A stretch of DNA of 64,000 nt from a virus. A model generated the notes under the pieces. It was not told the DNA's origin and searched no databases. It was given only the letters and a program-made list of their open reading frames with translations. Positions 20,000 through 30,489 of this stretch are shown one piece after another (positions within the stretch are counted from its first letter, which is position 1; each line of letters starts with the position of its first letter). Location: the IMG/VR virus record IMGVR_UViG_3300020166_000747; one strand, 5' to 3'. The translations under genes and the position numbers were made by a program.

Positions 20000-21197
20000 T
20001 GTATTCCTCTTTTATAAAATCCCAAACTTCTGGGATATAATCTTTAATATGTTGATTTCTGGACTTGTCAACAATCTTGGTACGGTGAGCCAAATCAGTA
20101 ATAGGAAATTCCCTATCATCGTAGTATAACCGTTCTAATACTGGTATTACTTTTTTCTTCATATGCGTCCTGTTCAACTCGCCTTTATCTATATCATCAA
20201 GTAAACGAATTAATAACTGTATGCGTTTATCTCTAATCTTTTTTGGTATCGATAAACAACTTAATGTTTCGGGGGTAATTAGTAATTCTGGTCTTGTATA
20301 GACACCTATCTCGCTACTCCATTTAAGCATTTCATGTAAATTGAATAGATTGTATGCTTGTAAAGTATAACTTATTTCTCCATAAGATGCAAGAGAATGA
20401 TACGTTCTTATGTTCTTATTTATTGAATTAAATTTTACGGGGTGCCTGATATACTCAACTGTTTTACTAGTACCGTCTATACTGTAATTAAACGATATCT
20501 CACTGAACTTAGAAATCTTGTCAATAAAACGCTTGTTACCATTAGTACAGTTCGTAGTAAAATGAATAGGTACATCTAACATATCACGTTCAATAAGAAT
20601 ATCTAAGAACTTATCTACTTCTGGCATAATTGTAGGTTCACCACCAAGAAACTTGACTCTTCTACCTTTATCAGCATTTTCTAGAAGAAACTCGATATTA
20701 TGTTCTCTCTGTAAAACATTACTCTCTCTAATGTTACCTCTACCGAACACAGGTTCCAATGTCGTGTCTTTTTTTACTTCTTTTTGTATTGTTGAACTTG
20801 CTACAGGACCACACATTCTACAACCGAGATTACATAAGTTTCCGGGACGAATATCTAAATCAATAGGAGAACCATATTGGTTTCCAGTTTTAAGATTGGG
20901 AATAATGCCCAACGTCTCATACGAATTAGCAAATCTATTTCGGTCACTTACACCACCATTGTCTTCTAAATCAAAACATTTACTACACATAGATGGACGT
21001 TTATCATCTAAGAAATCTTGTCTAATACCAGTTAAGTATTCATTAGTCCAACGTTTTTTTAAATCTAGTTCAGTCCAGTCTTTTACTACGTTATCCATTT
21101 CATCAGTTGACATACAACATACACGTTCGCCTTCATTGCTATGAACATACATATGAATAAAAGGAGCATAGCAAAAGTTTTTAGGTAAATCTGTCAT
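19983..21197 (-). CDS. N-terminal twitch-domain radical SAM protein
   Basis: FCYAPF..VCC..CSKC then CNLGCRMC, LGGEPT, TTN, SIDG. Confidence 0.92.
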   Translation of the reverse strand: MTDLPKNFCYAPFIHMYVHSNEGERVCCMSTDEMDNVVKDWTELDLKKRWTNEYLTGIRQDFLDDKRPSMCSKCFDLEDNGGVSDRNRFANSYETLGIIPNLKTGNQYGSPIDLDIRPGNLCNLGCRMCGPVASSTIQKEVKKDTTLEPVFGRGNIRESNVLQREHNIEFLLENADKGRRVKFLGGEPTIMPEVDKFLDILIERDMLDVPIHFTTNCTNGNKRFIDKISKFSEISFNYSIDGTSKTVEYIRHPVKFNSINKNIRTYHSLASYGEISYTLQAYNLFNLHEMLKWSSEIGVYTRPELLITPETLSCLSIPKKIRDKRIQLLIRLLDDIDKGELNRTHMKKKVIPVLERLYYDDREFPITDLAHRTKIVDKSRNQHIKDYIPEVWDFIKEEYNAIQL

Positions 21198-22604
21198 TTA
21201 TTTTCTTCCAATAACCATATATCTGTCATACTTTTCTAAATTAAGTGTACCTTTGAAAATGACTTCTGACAAGTTAAGTTTATCGGACCATGCATCCTCA
21301 TGTCCGATAGTATTCACTACTGTATCATCATCATGTTCTACAAAGTTGTTGTTCTGCATAATAACAAGTGTTCCTTTTGGAATGCTGCCGAACCATTCAT
21401 CAAAATCTTCAATGTGTTCACAACTAGTATTGATAACGCAGGTTGGACCTTCAATATCAAGTGTAGATTTAGTCTTCTCAAATTCTGTTGCATCGCTATA
21501 CTTGTAATGATTAACAGGCAATGTTTGTGCCTCATATTTTAGTTTACGGACATCACGCACGAAACTCTTAAATCTCATGTTATCCATGATGTACTCTTTA
21601 TTAAGAGTGTCAGCTGGATTATCCGTACTAGGGTCAATATCAAAACTGTAGATGTTTTTAGCATCGATACGTTCAAACATTAATGCACTTAATACGCCAT
21701 ACCACCCAGCGCATACATATATGGTGTCACCTAAATCAATCTCAAGTGCGGTCACCATGTCAATCAACCACTTCTTAGAGCGCAGTTGTCCACGCGAAAA
21801 CGCATCTGTTAGCGCATCGCCTTCAAAACGATTAATCATCTTTTTCATATTCTGTGGGATGATGTATCTGCTTCCAGTAATAAAGTCAACAGTATCAGCC
21901 ATCTTTGTTTTCATGAGCGTGTTTGATTTAAGGAGTCCAACTTCTTCACATTCTGGATCAATAGCTTGTAGAACTTTAAATAGTAAGAATAAGTCTGGAT
22001 CAGTTTCTACTGCAACAATGTTCTTCAATGCGTCAAGTATCTCAACTGTTGGGTCTGGCATTTCCATAACTACTCTGAATAGTAATTCAGTTTGTAGCAA
22101 CACAAAGCGATTAGTACCACATGCATTTTTTAACGCACCAAGTACTTCACTTTCACCCAATGCACGTTCAATAACATTGAATAGAACAAAGATATTATCA
22201 CGTGAGAACTCACCGTCACCACATGTAATGTTCTTTAAATTGTCAATAAAGTCAGTTTCATCAGGATACAATCCATGTAGAACTCTGAAAACAAGATAAA
22301 GTTTTTGTCTATCTGGTGTATCTACTGCCATAAAATTACGCAATGCATCAAGTGCATCTTCATCTTGTGAAATTGCATTGATTACTTTAAATAGAACGAA
22401 TACGTTGTCATCTTCTGTACGTTCATATACAAGGTTCATAAACGCTCTTACAGTCTCACTATGCTTGCGTCCTAGCATAAACTGTGCAAGTGTAAATATA
22501 CTAGAAAGTTCTTCTGTGTTTACGACACGCTCTAGTTCTTGTACAAGTGGATACTTCTCGCCGTATAGCAGTGATAGTCTATCTGCAATTTGATATGGTT
22601 TCAT
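21198..22604 (-). CDS. Helical-repeat plus class I SAM-dependent methyltransferase-like protein
   Basis: About six LFxV...DALxN repeats, then DAFSRGQLRSKKWL, CAGWYG, SFDIDP, INTSCEH. Confidence 0.6.
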   Translation of the reverse strand: MKPYQIADRLSLLYGEKYPLVQELERVVNTEELSSIFTLAQFMLGRKHSETVRAFMNLVYERTEDDNVFVLFKVINAISQDEDALDALRNFMAVDTPDRQKLYLVFRVLHGLYPDETDFIDNLKNITCGDGEFSRDNIFVLFNVIERALGESEVLGALKNACGTNRFVLLQTELLFRVVMEMPDPTVEILDALKNIVAVETDPDLFLLFKVLQAIDPECEEVGLLKSNTLMKTKMADTVDFITGSRYIIPQNMKKMINRFEGDALTDAFSRGQLRSKKWLIDMVTALEIDLGDTIYVCAGWYGVLSALMFERIDAKNIYSFDIDPSTDNPADTLNKEYIMDNMRFKSFVRDVRKLKYEAQTLPVNHYKYSDATEFEKTKSTLDIEGPTCVINTSCEHIEDFDEWFGSIPKGTLVIMQNNNFVEHDDDTVVNTIGHEDAWSDKLNLSEVIFKGTLNLEKYDRYMVIGRK

Positions 22605-23536
22605 TATTTGTATCCTATTTTCATGTAATATTGTTTATCACCGTATGTGATAACACCAGTGTATAGTTCAAAACTCATTGGAAATTGCTTGTTAAAGTTT
22701 TGTGAACTTGCAAACGGTTTAGGTACATCACCAGTTTCACCGACTAGTACAAGTCTGCGCATGTCTGGAATCATCTTATACCAATCTTTATAGTTCTTCA
22801 AATAACTAATATTAGTATTAATAAGAGTTCCAGGAATTTCTGAGAATGGATTACTTAGCTCACCGTTCTGTAATTGTGTGATAAACGTATGTTCATCATA
22901 TCCGATATTGAACAAGTCTTGTGTCGTTGCTTTGAAGCGCCAGTCTGCAAGTAGTTCTTTACTCATCATTTCATCTGCTAAGAATTGACATACACCATTG
23001 ATGTCAAATGAGCGGATATTCTCGAATCTAAGTCTAGTGTCAAATAGCATCGCTGGAAGGATTCCCATGCCGCCGCCAAGAACATAGATTGCACCAAGAT
23101 ACTTTTCACCGAATGCATGTTGCATCTGTTGTGTAATCCAACTATATACTTTAGCATTCTCTTTGTTAACGAAAGATGAAATGTCAACGTTTGGATACGA
23201 GTAAATGATTTCTTTTAATCTGTCTGTTAGCTTGTCTTCAATTGGCGGAGTAATATGTGTCAAGAAGTCCATTGCTTGGCGATAGTTACCTAGTTGTTGT
23301 GCAACGTTCTCTTTTGAGTATGTAACTGCCATATCTTGATAATCGTAATCAAGTTTCGCTAGTGGCTTTTCACGTCTACGACTAACACGCTTGTAGTTGA
23401 TTGTTTCAGTAATCTCTGGTTCTTCGTCCAATTCTTCCTGTTCAATCAAGTCTGTTACGCCAACCTCATCGTATAACTCATCATTCTTTTTAATGTTTGC
23501 AGCTCTGCGGTTTCTACGTTCACGTATATTACTCAT
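22604..23536 (-). CDS. Methyltransferase-like paralog of the 21198-22604 C-terminal domain
   Basis: YVLGGGMGIL, IRSFDING, RFKA, LINTN, YYMKIGYK align with the adjacent protein. Confidence 0.55.
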   Translation of the reverse strand: MSNIRERRNRRAANIKKNDELYDEVGVTDLIEQEELDEEPEITETINYKRVSRRREKPLAKLDYDYQDMAVTYSKENVAQQLGNYRQAMDFLTHITPPIEDKLTDRLKEIIYSYPNVDISSFVNKENAKVYSWITQQMQHAFGEKYLGAIYVLGGGMGILPAMLFDTRLRFENIRSFDINGVCQFLADEMMSKELLADWRFKATTQDLFNIGYDEHTFITQLQNGELSNPFSEIPGTLINTNISYLKNYKDWYKMIPDMRRLVLVGETGDVPKPFASSQNFNKQFPMSFELYTGVITYGDKQYYMKIGYK

Positions 23537-26500
23537 CGTTCTTTTCCTTAAACTTTTCTTCTAGCCATTCAAAGTCGTTAATCTTTCCTAGCATTTCATC
23601 ATTGCCTGCATATTCTGTTCCCCATGCACGTCCTGCTCTAGCACCTGCAATTGCATACGTACCGAACTCACGGTCTTCACCTTTAGTACACCATGCTTCT
23701 AATCTTTCATCGTCTTCGTCTTGTTTGTTACGATGAATAATGCTAGAACTCAACTTAGTACATTCGCGGAAAGCAGACTTCCAAGTATTGAATGGGTCTG
23801 TATTAAATGCCGTGTAGTTAGCTGGTGTTGGCATCGGCTTAAACTTCTCAGAGATAGATGTTGTAAAGTCAATGCGCCAGTCTTTTGCATCACGTAGCAA
23901 CTGTGTTGGGAATAGTTTTAGTCCGCCATAACCATAAATCAAATCATTCACTGGGTTCTTAGACTTCCAAGTGTGTACTGTGTCTTCGTCCCATACGCTT
24001 GGGAAATATTCAAAGTTGAATTCTTCAAGCAATAGAGCATCAGCATCAATCACATAGAACATGCGAGTATCAGCTAAGTTTGCTGCCGCTTGGTGTGCAT
24101 TAAAGATACCTTTAACCCCATGTACTCTCTTTGCATGTGGCACACGTTCTAATAGTTTAGCATAGTTTCTATCAGCGAACTTCTCCTGATAACTCAACAT
24201 GATAACATCATATGGAATGTCACGTGTAACCGCTGTTGCCTTCTTGATTGGTTTCTTATTCTTAAAAGTCATCTTACGTAACTTGTCAGCATCAGGTTTT
24301 AATTCTTTAATTGCACTTGCTGGAATAAGTTTTAGTCCGCCGAATTGATGCACAAACCCAGTGTATGGGTTTTCTTTAGGCCACAGATGAAAGTGTGACT
24401 TATGATGTCGATCAACATAGTGTGTTCTGTCAAAATCTTCTAGCATTTCTACATCATTGTCTAGTGCCCAGAAATAACCGGTCTTTGTCATCCTAGCGGC
24501 TTTTTGATATGCCTCTGCCAAGTCTGTTGCATCAATCACATCAATGTTCTTGTGTTCTGTGAACTTTGCAGTGTTTTCAGAATACATACCTTCATCAAAA
24601 TAGAATGCTGGGTGACCTACAACACGTGATGCAGTTTTATCTACACGAATAATATTTTTAAATCTATCAAATGAGAAGTCTTCTTTGCTCGGATTGAATT
24701 GCTCAAGATGTGGTCTATGTACAAGATATACACCAGCTTCCCCGTCACCCTCACTTTTAAACGCAAATACGTTTTCGATAGAGTGAATATCTGGATAGTA
24801 ATCAAAATCCCAATCTTCTAGTAGGTCAACCGCAGTATCAACTACCCAATAAAACACGTGCTTCTTGGATTGTGTGTATGCTTTGTATGGGTCGCGGGTG
24901 TAATACTTTTTGATAGTGTGTCTATCTGGAATACGTGCCACGATATCATCATAATATTTTACATTCTCTGAATGATATGCTTTATTTGATAGAGCAAGAC
25001 CGCCATGTCCTAGTCTTTCACCTTTGCGTGACTCAAAAGAGAAAATATGCGTAGGACCAGTGTCATACAAGTCTGGATAGAAATCATCAATCGTAGTATC
25101 CGTTAATTGTAAATCTGGGTTAACCATCCAGAATGTATCTTGTGTAGCAAGTTTTACTGCCTCTTCAACTGTACGTGCTTCGACACGTTCAATTGTTTGT
25201 AGTTTACCTGCAACTATATCAGTATCTTTTTGTTGTTCAGTATCGCCGCCATTATGCGGAACAAGGCGTACTCCGTTACGAATAGCGGTGTCTCCATTAA
25301 GAACATTAAAGTTATGCGTATAGTGTCTATCATATGATAATGGCACATAGTCTGGTTGTTCAAAGTCTACGTGGTTCGCAACTAACCAAACCATTTCTGT
25401 ATCAGCTTTTGATGCAACCGACGTATCTAACAAATCATCTACACGCATAACATCAAATGGTATGTCAGTAAGTTCTTTAGTTTCTACATAAGATGCTCTA
25501 CGTCTAAAGTTAAATTTTGTGTATTGCTTATCATCGAATTCTGCATAGTCTTTTCTGAATAATCCAACCCCATAGAATTCACGTGCATCACCTGCATGAT
25601 TTGTTCTTTGCCATACGACAATCTGTTTGCGACCTTCTTCAGTTAATGAAAAATCAAATTCGTAATCAAAGTTGAAGTCTCCAACTTTAGTATCGGCAGT
25701 TATGATGTAATAATAATTGTACTTAGAATTCTTACTTGCATACTCATGCAATTCTATCCCAGTCTTGTGATTGCAACGTTCTATACGTGGAAAGCGTTTT
25801 TCAAGTTCTTTAAAGTTTGCATCACCGAAGCCACGATCCCAATAGAATATATTATATTCTGGTACTACAGAAACTTCACGTTCATGGAACTTTACACTGT
25901 ATTCATCATATTCCTTAGTTAATAGAACTACGCCCTTTTGAAAAATATGTGCAGATGCTTGTTCATATAAATCAGGATAGAAATCAAAATTAGTAAGTTC
26001 AACTGCTGGATCAACAATAAGTGACGGGTATGATTTTACTTGTTCTATTCCTCCTTTGAGTGTTGATGACAGAATAACATCAAACTCTTTCACATTGCCC
26101 AACACCTTATCAATATCTTTTTGTTTTTCTTCATCATAGTTACATGGAACAAGTTTGATATGATTACGTGCTACTGCACCTGTATGTGTTACAATGTTAA
26201 AATTATGAATATACTTTTTATCATACGATGGTGGAACAAAGTCTGGTGTGAAGTTTTCTACACAATCATCTACTACCCAAGCCATTTCATAACCACATTT
26301 GTTAACATCATCTATAGATTTAACAGTCGGATACATGATTGGTTTCACATCATTCGTTTGTGCATAGATTGCTCTACGCCTGAAATCAAAGTTATGATAC
26401 TTCTTATCTGCAAATAAGTCATAGTCTTTTCTGAACAGGCCCACACCTTTATATTCTAATGGCATATCATTAAAGTCTGTTTTCTGCCACACCACAATCT

Positions 26501-28049
26501 GTTGTCTGCCTTCTTCTGTCATAGAAAAATCAAACTCGTAATTGAAGTCAAAATTACTCACATCAACATCATCTGTAATGAAATAGTAATAATTGAATTT
26601 ACTTTTCTCTTGTGCTTGTTTGTGTGCTTCTACAATGTCACCTGATAGCACAGTATAATCTGTATATTGTTTTACACTCTCTGTATTATTTCCAGAGTCA
26701 TATACAAACACATCATATTTTGGGATATGGGAAACCACTGTCTCATGGAACTTTACATTATATTCGTCATACTCACTATTAATAAACACAACGCCTTTAT
26801 TGAACACATGTGCGCTTGCTAAGTCATACAAGTCAGGATAAAAGTCAAAACTATCTACTAGTTCTACTGCTGGATCAACAATTAAAGTAGGATAAGTTTC
26901 AGCTTTTGATATCCCACCTTTAAGTGTAGATGCATTAACAACATTTGTTTCTTTTAAAGTACCTACTACTTGATCAATATCTTTTTGTAACTCAATGTCT
27001 ACATTTTTGGGGACAAGTCTAACACCATTTCGTACTACATTACCGTTCGATGTTTTTACGTTAAAGTTATGAATGACTTCTCTATCATATGAAAACGGAT
27101 AGTATTCGTCAGAAAAATCTTCTACATCATCATGTACAAGCCAATACATATCAGTATCAACATCATGATTTAAATTATGAAGGTCTTTAGTACGAATTAC
27201 AGGAAACTCTAAGTCACGTGCAATAGGGTCACGTTCATATACTGCTTTGCGTCTAAAGTTAAAGATAGCATACTCACGTTCTTTAAACATGAGACCATCT
27301 TTTGGGAACAATCCAATACCGTGATACTCTCTAACTAAATTTGTCTTGGGGTTTTCTTTTTGCCATACAACAACTTTTTGATTTTCTTTATCTAGTCCAA
27401 ATGCAAACGAGTAATCAAAATTGAATGTGTCAAAAATCTCTGTATTTGGATGTATTAGATAATAGAAATCAGTACGTGTTTCTTTGCGACACATTTCATG
27501 TACATCAATATTAGTTTCGCCACGAACTACATTTATACCAGGGAACCGTTCTTTTAGCTTTTCAAAGTTTTCTTTCCCATAGTCTTTTTCCCAATAAAAG
27601 ATATCATATGTTTCAGTAGTCGGCTTGTATTCTACATTGTCAGTAGTATGCTCTTTAAAGTCACCAGTCAAATAATATGCATCTTGGATATACTGAACTT
27701 CTTTGTTCTTCACATCACTAGTTTTAAATAGCTTAACACCAACAACTGAACGGAATACATTACGCTCCTCTGCATTCCAAACATGTACAACGTCTTCATC
27801 CCAATTATCGGTCTGAAAGTCGAAATCGAAATCATCATCGACACATACATCTGGATCAATAATCCAGAAGTGTTTTGTGTTTGTGATAGCAGCAATTTTA
27901 CTAATCGCTTTATCAATCTTTGGATCGCTCCAGTCTTCTAGATTGATTTTAACCATGCGAAAGTTAGGATATTTTTTACATATCCTATCTAAACGTTCAT
28001 TAGTTTCTCTATCTGATTTGTAAGTTAGATAAAAACCGTCGTATGCCAT
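23529..28049 (-). CDS. 1506-aa multi-repeat glycosyltransferase-like protein
   Basis: Repeated F(W/Y)xID/F.FD(Y/F)/H.W/G.LF units; C-terminal AKRVHGVKG..AH..FYVIDAD domain similar to 57183-58160. Confidence 0.7.
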   Translation of the reverse strand: MAYDGFYLTYKSDRETNERLDRICKKYPNFRMVKINLEDWSDPKIDKAISKIAAITNTKHFWIIDPDVCVDDDFDFDFQTDNWDEDVVHVWNAEERNVFRSVVGVKLFKTSDVKNKEVQYIQDAYYLTGDFKEHTTDNVEYKPTTETYDIFYWEKDYGKENFEKLKERFPGINVVRGETNIDVHEMCRKETRTDFYYLIHPNTEIFDTFNFDYSFAFGLDKENQKVVVWQKENPKTNLVREYHGIGLFPKDGLMFKEREYAIFNFRRKAVYERDPIARDLEFPVIRTKDLHNLNHDVDTDMYWLVHDDVEDFSDEYYPFSYDREVIHNFNVKTSNGNVVRNGVRLVPKNVDIELQKDIDQVVGTLKETNVVNASTLKGGISKAETYPTLIVDPAVELVDSFDFYPDLYDLASAHVFNKGVVFINSEYDEYNVKFHETVVSHIPKYDVFVYDSGNNTESVKQYTDYTVLSGDIVEAHKQAQEKSKFNYYYFITDDVDVSNFDFNYEFDFSMTEEGRQQIVVWQKTDFNDMPLEYKGVGLFRKDYDLFADKKYHNFDFRRRAIYAQTNDVKPIMYPTVKSIDDVNKCGYEMAWVVDDCVENFTPDFVPPSYDKKYIHNFNIVTHTGAVARNHIKLVPCNYDEEKQKDIDKVLGNVKEFDVILSSTLKGGIEQVKSYPSLIVDPAVELTNFDFYPDLYEQASAHIFQKGVVLLTKEYDEYSVKFHEREVSVVPEYNIFYWDRGFGDANFKELEKRFPRIERCNHKTGIELHEYASKNSKYNYYYIITADTKVGDFNFDYEFDFSLTEEGRKQIVVWQRTNHAGDAREFYGVGLFRKDYAEFDDKQYTKFNFRRRASYVETKELTDIPFDVMRVDDLLDTSVASKADTEMVWLVANHVDFEQPDYVPLSYDRHYTHNFNVLNGDTAIRNGVRLVPHNGGDTEQQKDTDIVAGKLQTIERVEARTVEEAVKLATQDTFWMVNPDLQLTDTTIDDFYPDLYDTGPTHIFSFESRKGERLGHGGLALSNKAYHSENVKYYDDIVARIPDRHTIKKYYTRDPYKAYTQSKKHVFYWVVDTAVDLLEDWDFDYYPDIHSIENVFAFKSEGDGEAGVYLVHRPHLEQFNPSKEDFSFDRFKNIIRVDKTASRVVGHPAFYFDEGMYSENTAKFTEHKNIDVIDATDLAEAYQKAARMTKTGYFWALDNDVEMLEDFDRTHYVDRHHKSHFHLWPKENPYTGFVHQFGGLKLIPASAIKELKPDADKLRKMTFKNKKPIKKATAVTRDIPYDVIMLSYQEKFADRNYAKLLERVPHAKRVHGVKGIFNAHQAAANLADTRMFYVIDADALLLEEFNFEYFPSVWDEDTVHTWKSKNPVNDLIYGYGGLKLFPTQLLRDAKDWRIDFTTSISEKFKPMPTPANYTAFNTDPFNTWKSAFRECTKLSSSIIHRNKQDEDDERLEAWCTKGEDREFGTYAIAGARAGRAWGTEYAGNDEMLGKINDFEWLEEKFKEKNDE
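24924..27608 (-). repeat. Three tandem intragenic super-repeats of ~290-310 aa
   Basis: Units start at 27608 (YDIFYW), 26717 (YDVFVY), 25856 (YNIFYW); each carries VVWQ, G(I/V)GLF, F(N/D)FRR, HNFN, (K/R)LVP, FYPDLY. Confidence 0.88.
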
Positions 28050-28087
28050 ACTTACCCTATAGTTGTAATTTCTTACATTATAACAGA

Positions 28088-29620
28088 TTATTCGTCTGTT
28101 GTAAAGACTTTAATTCCGTAATGATTAGAAAAATCTTCTGCATCTTTCAAGTCATTGACAATTGGTTGTCCTTTAATGTTCAATGATGTATTTACTAAGA
28201 TTGGACAACCAGTCTTTTCTTTAAACTTTGTTAACAACTCGTATAGACCTGGATGTGTTTCTTTGTTTACTGTCTGCACACGTGATGTTCCGTCTTTGTG
28301 TATAATAGCTGGAAACTTTTCTGGATACTTACATGTTGCAACGAACTGCATATAAGGAGATTGTGTGATGTTCTTTGGCATATCGAAGTAATCATGCACA
28401 TCCTCTTCTAAAATCATAGGAGCAAATGGTCTAAACTTCTGTCTGCGTTTGATTTCATTCATACGATCCTTAATAGTATCTCCACGAGGATCTGCTGTGA
28501 GTGTACGATTACCCAATGCTCTTGGACCAAACTCTGCTCGTCCATTTGCAATGCCAATGATATCTCCATTAAGCAATGCCGCTAATGACTTCTCTACGGG
28601 ATACGTACCTTCGATATTGTGACCTAGATATGCAGTAGTCCAGTTAATTCTATTCTTAAAGAATTTTTGTGAAGCACCAATACAACTACCAGCATCACCC
28701 GGGTTTGGCATAATCCATACATTATCATAGTTGTGCGTGATGTTACTATTAGCACTACAGTTAAGTGCGCAACCTCCCATGATAACTAGATTTTTACTCT
28801 TACATACTTTTCTAGCATGTGAGATTATATTATCAAGTATCATTTCATAAACTTTCTGTGTCGCTGCCGCTAAATCAAATAAGTCTTGTTCGATCGTTAG
28901 TTCTGGTAGTAACCACTTACAACCCCTATGTAAATTTTTTCTAAAAGATACAATCGTAAAAAATTCACCGCTGTGGTCATTTAGTTTAATACCAATCTCA
29001 TCTAATAAATGAGATACTAAAGTTTTACCTTGATATTCTCTATTTGGATTACCATATGCTGCCATGCCCATGAGAATGTATTCGTCTTCCTGTGGCTTTA
29101 GTCCTAAACGCTGTGTCATTGCACTATAGAATAGCCCAACTGAATTAGGATAAGACTGTTCGTACTCTCTTAATAGCGTATCATTCACACCATTCCAAAT
29201 AGTAAGAGTTTCAAATTCTCCCATACTATCGATGACAACAACTGCGGCATCATCAAATCCACTAGTGAAATAGCCACTAGCAGCATGTGTGTAATGATGC
29301 GATTGATATTTAATCTTAATACCATTAAGTTCAGGGAAGTTCTTCAAATACCGTTTTGGCATTTCTTCTTTGTCAAATGCTAAACTATATTGTCTAGCAG
29401 TGAATTGTCTAAACTTCTTTAGTAATGGTCTTTCATACCACGCAATAAAATCTGGCTTACCATACGATAGTGCCTCTTGAATGATTTCATCATTCAGAAG
29501 CGGGTCATTTTTAATCTTAGAATAGCGTTCACTATGACTAGCAAATAGAATTTCGCCGTCTTTAATAACACTAACTGCGGCATCATGGTTAAGTGCGCCA
29601 GATATACCTAGTACAATCAT
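28088..29620 (-). CDS. Carbamoyltransferase (NodU/CmcH/TobZ family)
   Basis: HDAA..ERYSKIK, HHYTHA, GGCALN, PGDAG, EFGPRALGNR, FRPFAP, NTSLN. Confidence 0.95.
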   Translation of the reverse strand: MIVLGISGALNHDAAVSVIKDGEILFASHSERYSKIKNDPLLNDEIIQEALSYGKPDFIAWYERPLLKKFRQFTARQYSLAFDKEEMPKRYLKNFPELNGIKIKYQSHHYTHAASGYFTSGFDDAAVVVIDSMGEFETLTIWNGVNDTLLREYEQSYPNSVGLFYSAMTQRLGLKPQEDEYILMGMAAYGNPNREYQGKTLVSHLLDEIGIKLNDHSGEFFTIVSFRKNLHRGCKWLLPELTIEQDLFDLAAATQKVYEMILDNIISHARKVCKSKNLVIMGGCALNCSANSNITHNYDNVWIMPNPGDAGSCIGASQKFFKNRINWTTAYLGHNIEGTYPVEKSLAALLNGDIIGIANGRAEFGPRALGNRTLTADPRGDTIKDRMNEIKRRQKFRPFAPMILEEDVHDYFDMPKNITQSPYMQFVATCKYPEKFPAIIHKDGTSRVQTVNKETHPGLYELLTKFKEKTGCPILVNTSLNIKGQPIVNDLKDAEDFSNHYGIKVFTTDE

Positions 29621-29627
29621 TTAATTC

Positions 29628-29741
29628 TCACTTATAGATGAATGGATCACGCTTGCGTAGTTCTTCTAAACGTGCTTTTAGTTCTTTGCGTCTTTTATAC
29701 TCTGCCCATGGCCAAGTAATAATTTCCCAAATCTTTCTCAT
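29628..29741 (-). CDS. 37-aa small protein ending RDPFIYK (absent from ORF track)
   Basis: Hand translation MRKIWEIITWPWAEYKRRKELKARLEELRKRDPFIYK; AAGGA RBS, ATGA overlap with upstream gene, exactly fills the gap. Confidence 0.8.
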   Translation of the reverse strand: MRKIWEIITWPWAEYKRRKELKARLEELRKRDPFIYK

Positions 29742-30472
29742 TGTCCTTCTCCTTTTCTTGTTGTTTCGATATCATCGAACAAAATCTTTGCCCAGTCTGC
29801 GTGTGCAGTTTCGTCTGGATGCATGTAGCGTTCATCGCCTTCTTGTTTGAAATACATTTCGTTGTCATGCATGTATGTAAAGAACGTTTGCTGTTCGTAT
29901 ACACGTGTCATATCAAGTTGTGTCAATACGTTATTCATATCAGCTTGTTCGCATAGTTCAGTAAACTTAGTTGGCTCAAGTAAATTGGGCGTTAGATTTA
30001 ATGAATTAAAAATCACATACTCTAAGCCTGCATTCTTAAAGAAATTCTGTAGTGTAAGAACGTGAATTAAATATTGATGGAAGTCATACACTGGAGACCA
30101 GAAATGTTTCATATACAGTGTATTAAATAAATCAACATCACGATTTGTTTGTTCATCTAACATAATATTACCGTGATACTCATGTGCAGGAACATTATGA
30201 ATTAGTGTATTCGATGCTTCAATAAAGTGTTCACGTCTGCTCGGCGCAGTCATACCGATAGCACAGAATGGTTTCTTACCTTCTGCTAACAAGTCACTTA
30301 CTGTTGTAATAGTATTACGAACAATAAACTGATTACTTACGCCACGCTGTGCTTCTGTAACTGTTTCGCCCCTGTCCAATCCAAGCATCTCTGCTAGTTC
30401 AAAAGGCCACGCTTTATCTTTTAGTGCAAGACCAGTTCCGTATGTAAAACTACATCCGTTCGCATATAACAT
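29738..30472 (-). CDS. SGNH/GDSL-like protein
   Basis: YANGCSFTYG, GVSN, C-terminal HPDETAHADWA. Confidence 0.7.
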   Translation of the reverse strand: MLYANGCSFTYGTGLALKDKAWPFELAEMLGLDRGETVTEAQRGVSNQFIVRNTITTVSDLLAEGKKPFCAIGMTAPSRREHFIEASNTLIHNVPAHEYHGNIMLDEQTNRDVDLFNTLYMKHFWSPVYDFHQYLIHVLTLQNFFKNAGLEYVIFNSLNLTPNLLEPTKFTELCEQADMNNVLTQLDMTRVYEQQTFFTYMHDNEMYFKQEGDERYMHPDETAHADWAKILFDDIETTRKGEGQ

Positions 30473-30489
30473 ATTTTTATTCCTCTAAT

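Noticed and set aside
29628-29741. RiPP precursor peptide for the radical SAM/SPASM enzymes
   Set aside because: Basic helical peptide whose position and PFIY end fit a carbamoyltransferase partner; no RRE/PqqD domain, peptidase or transporter seen
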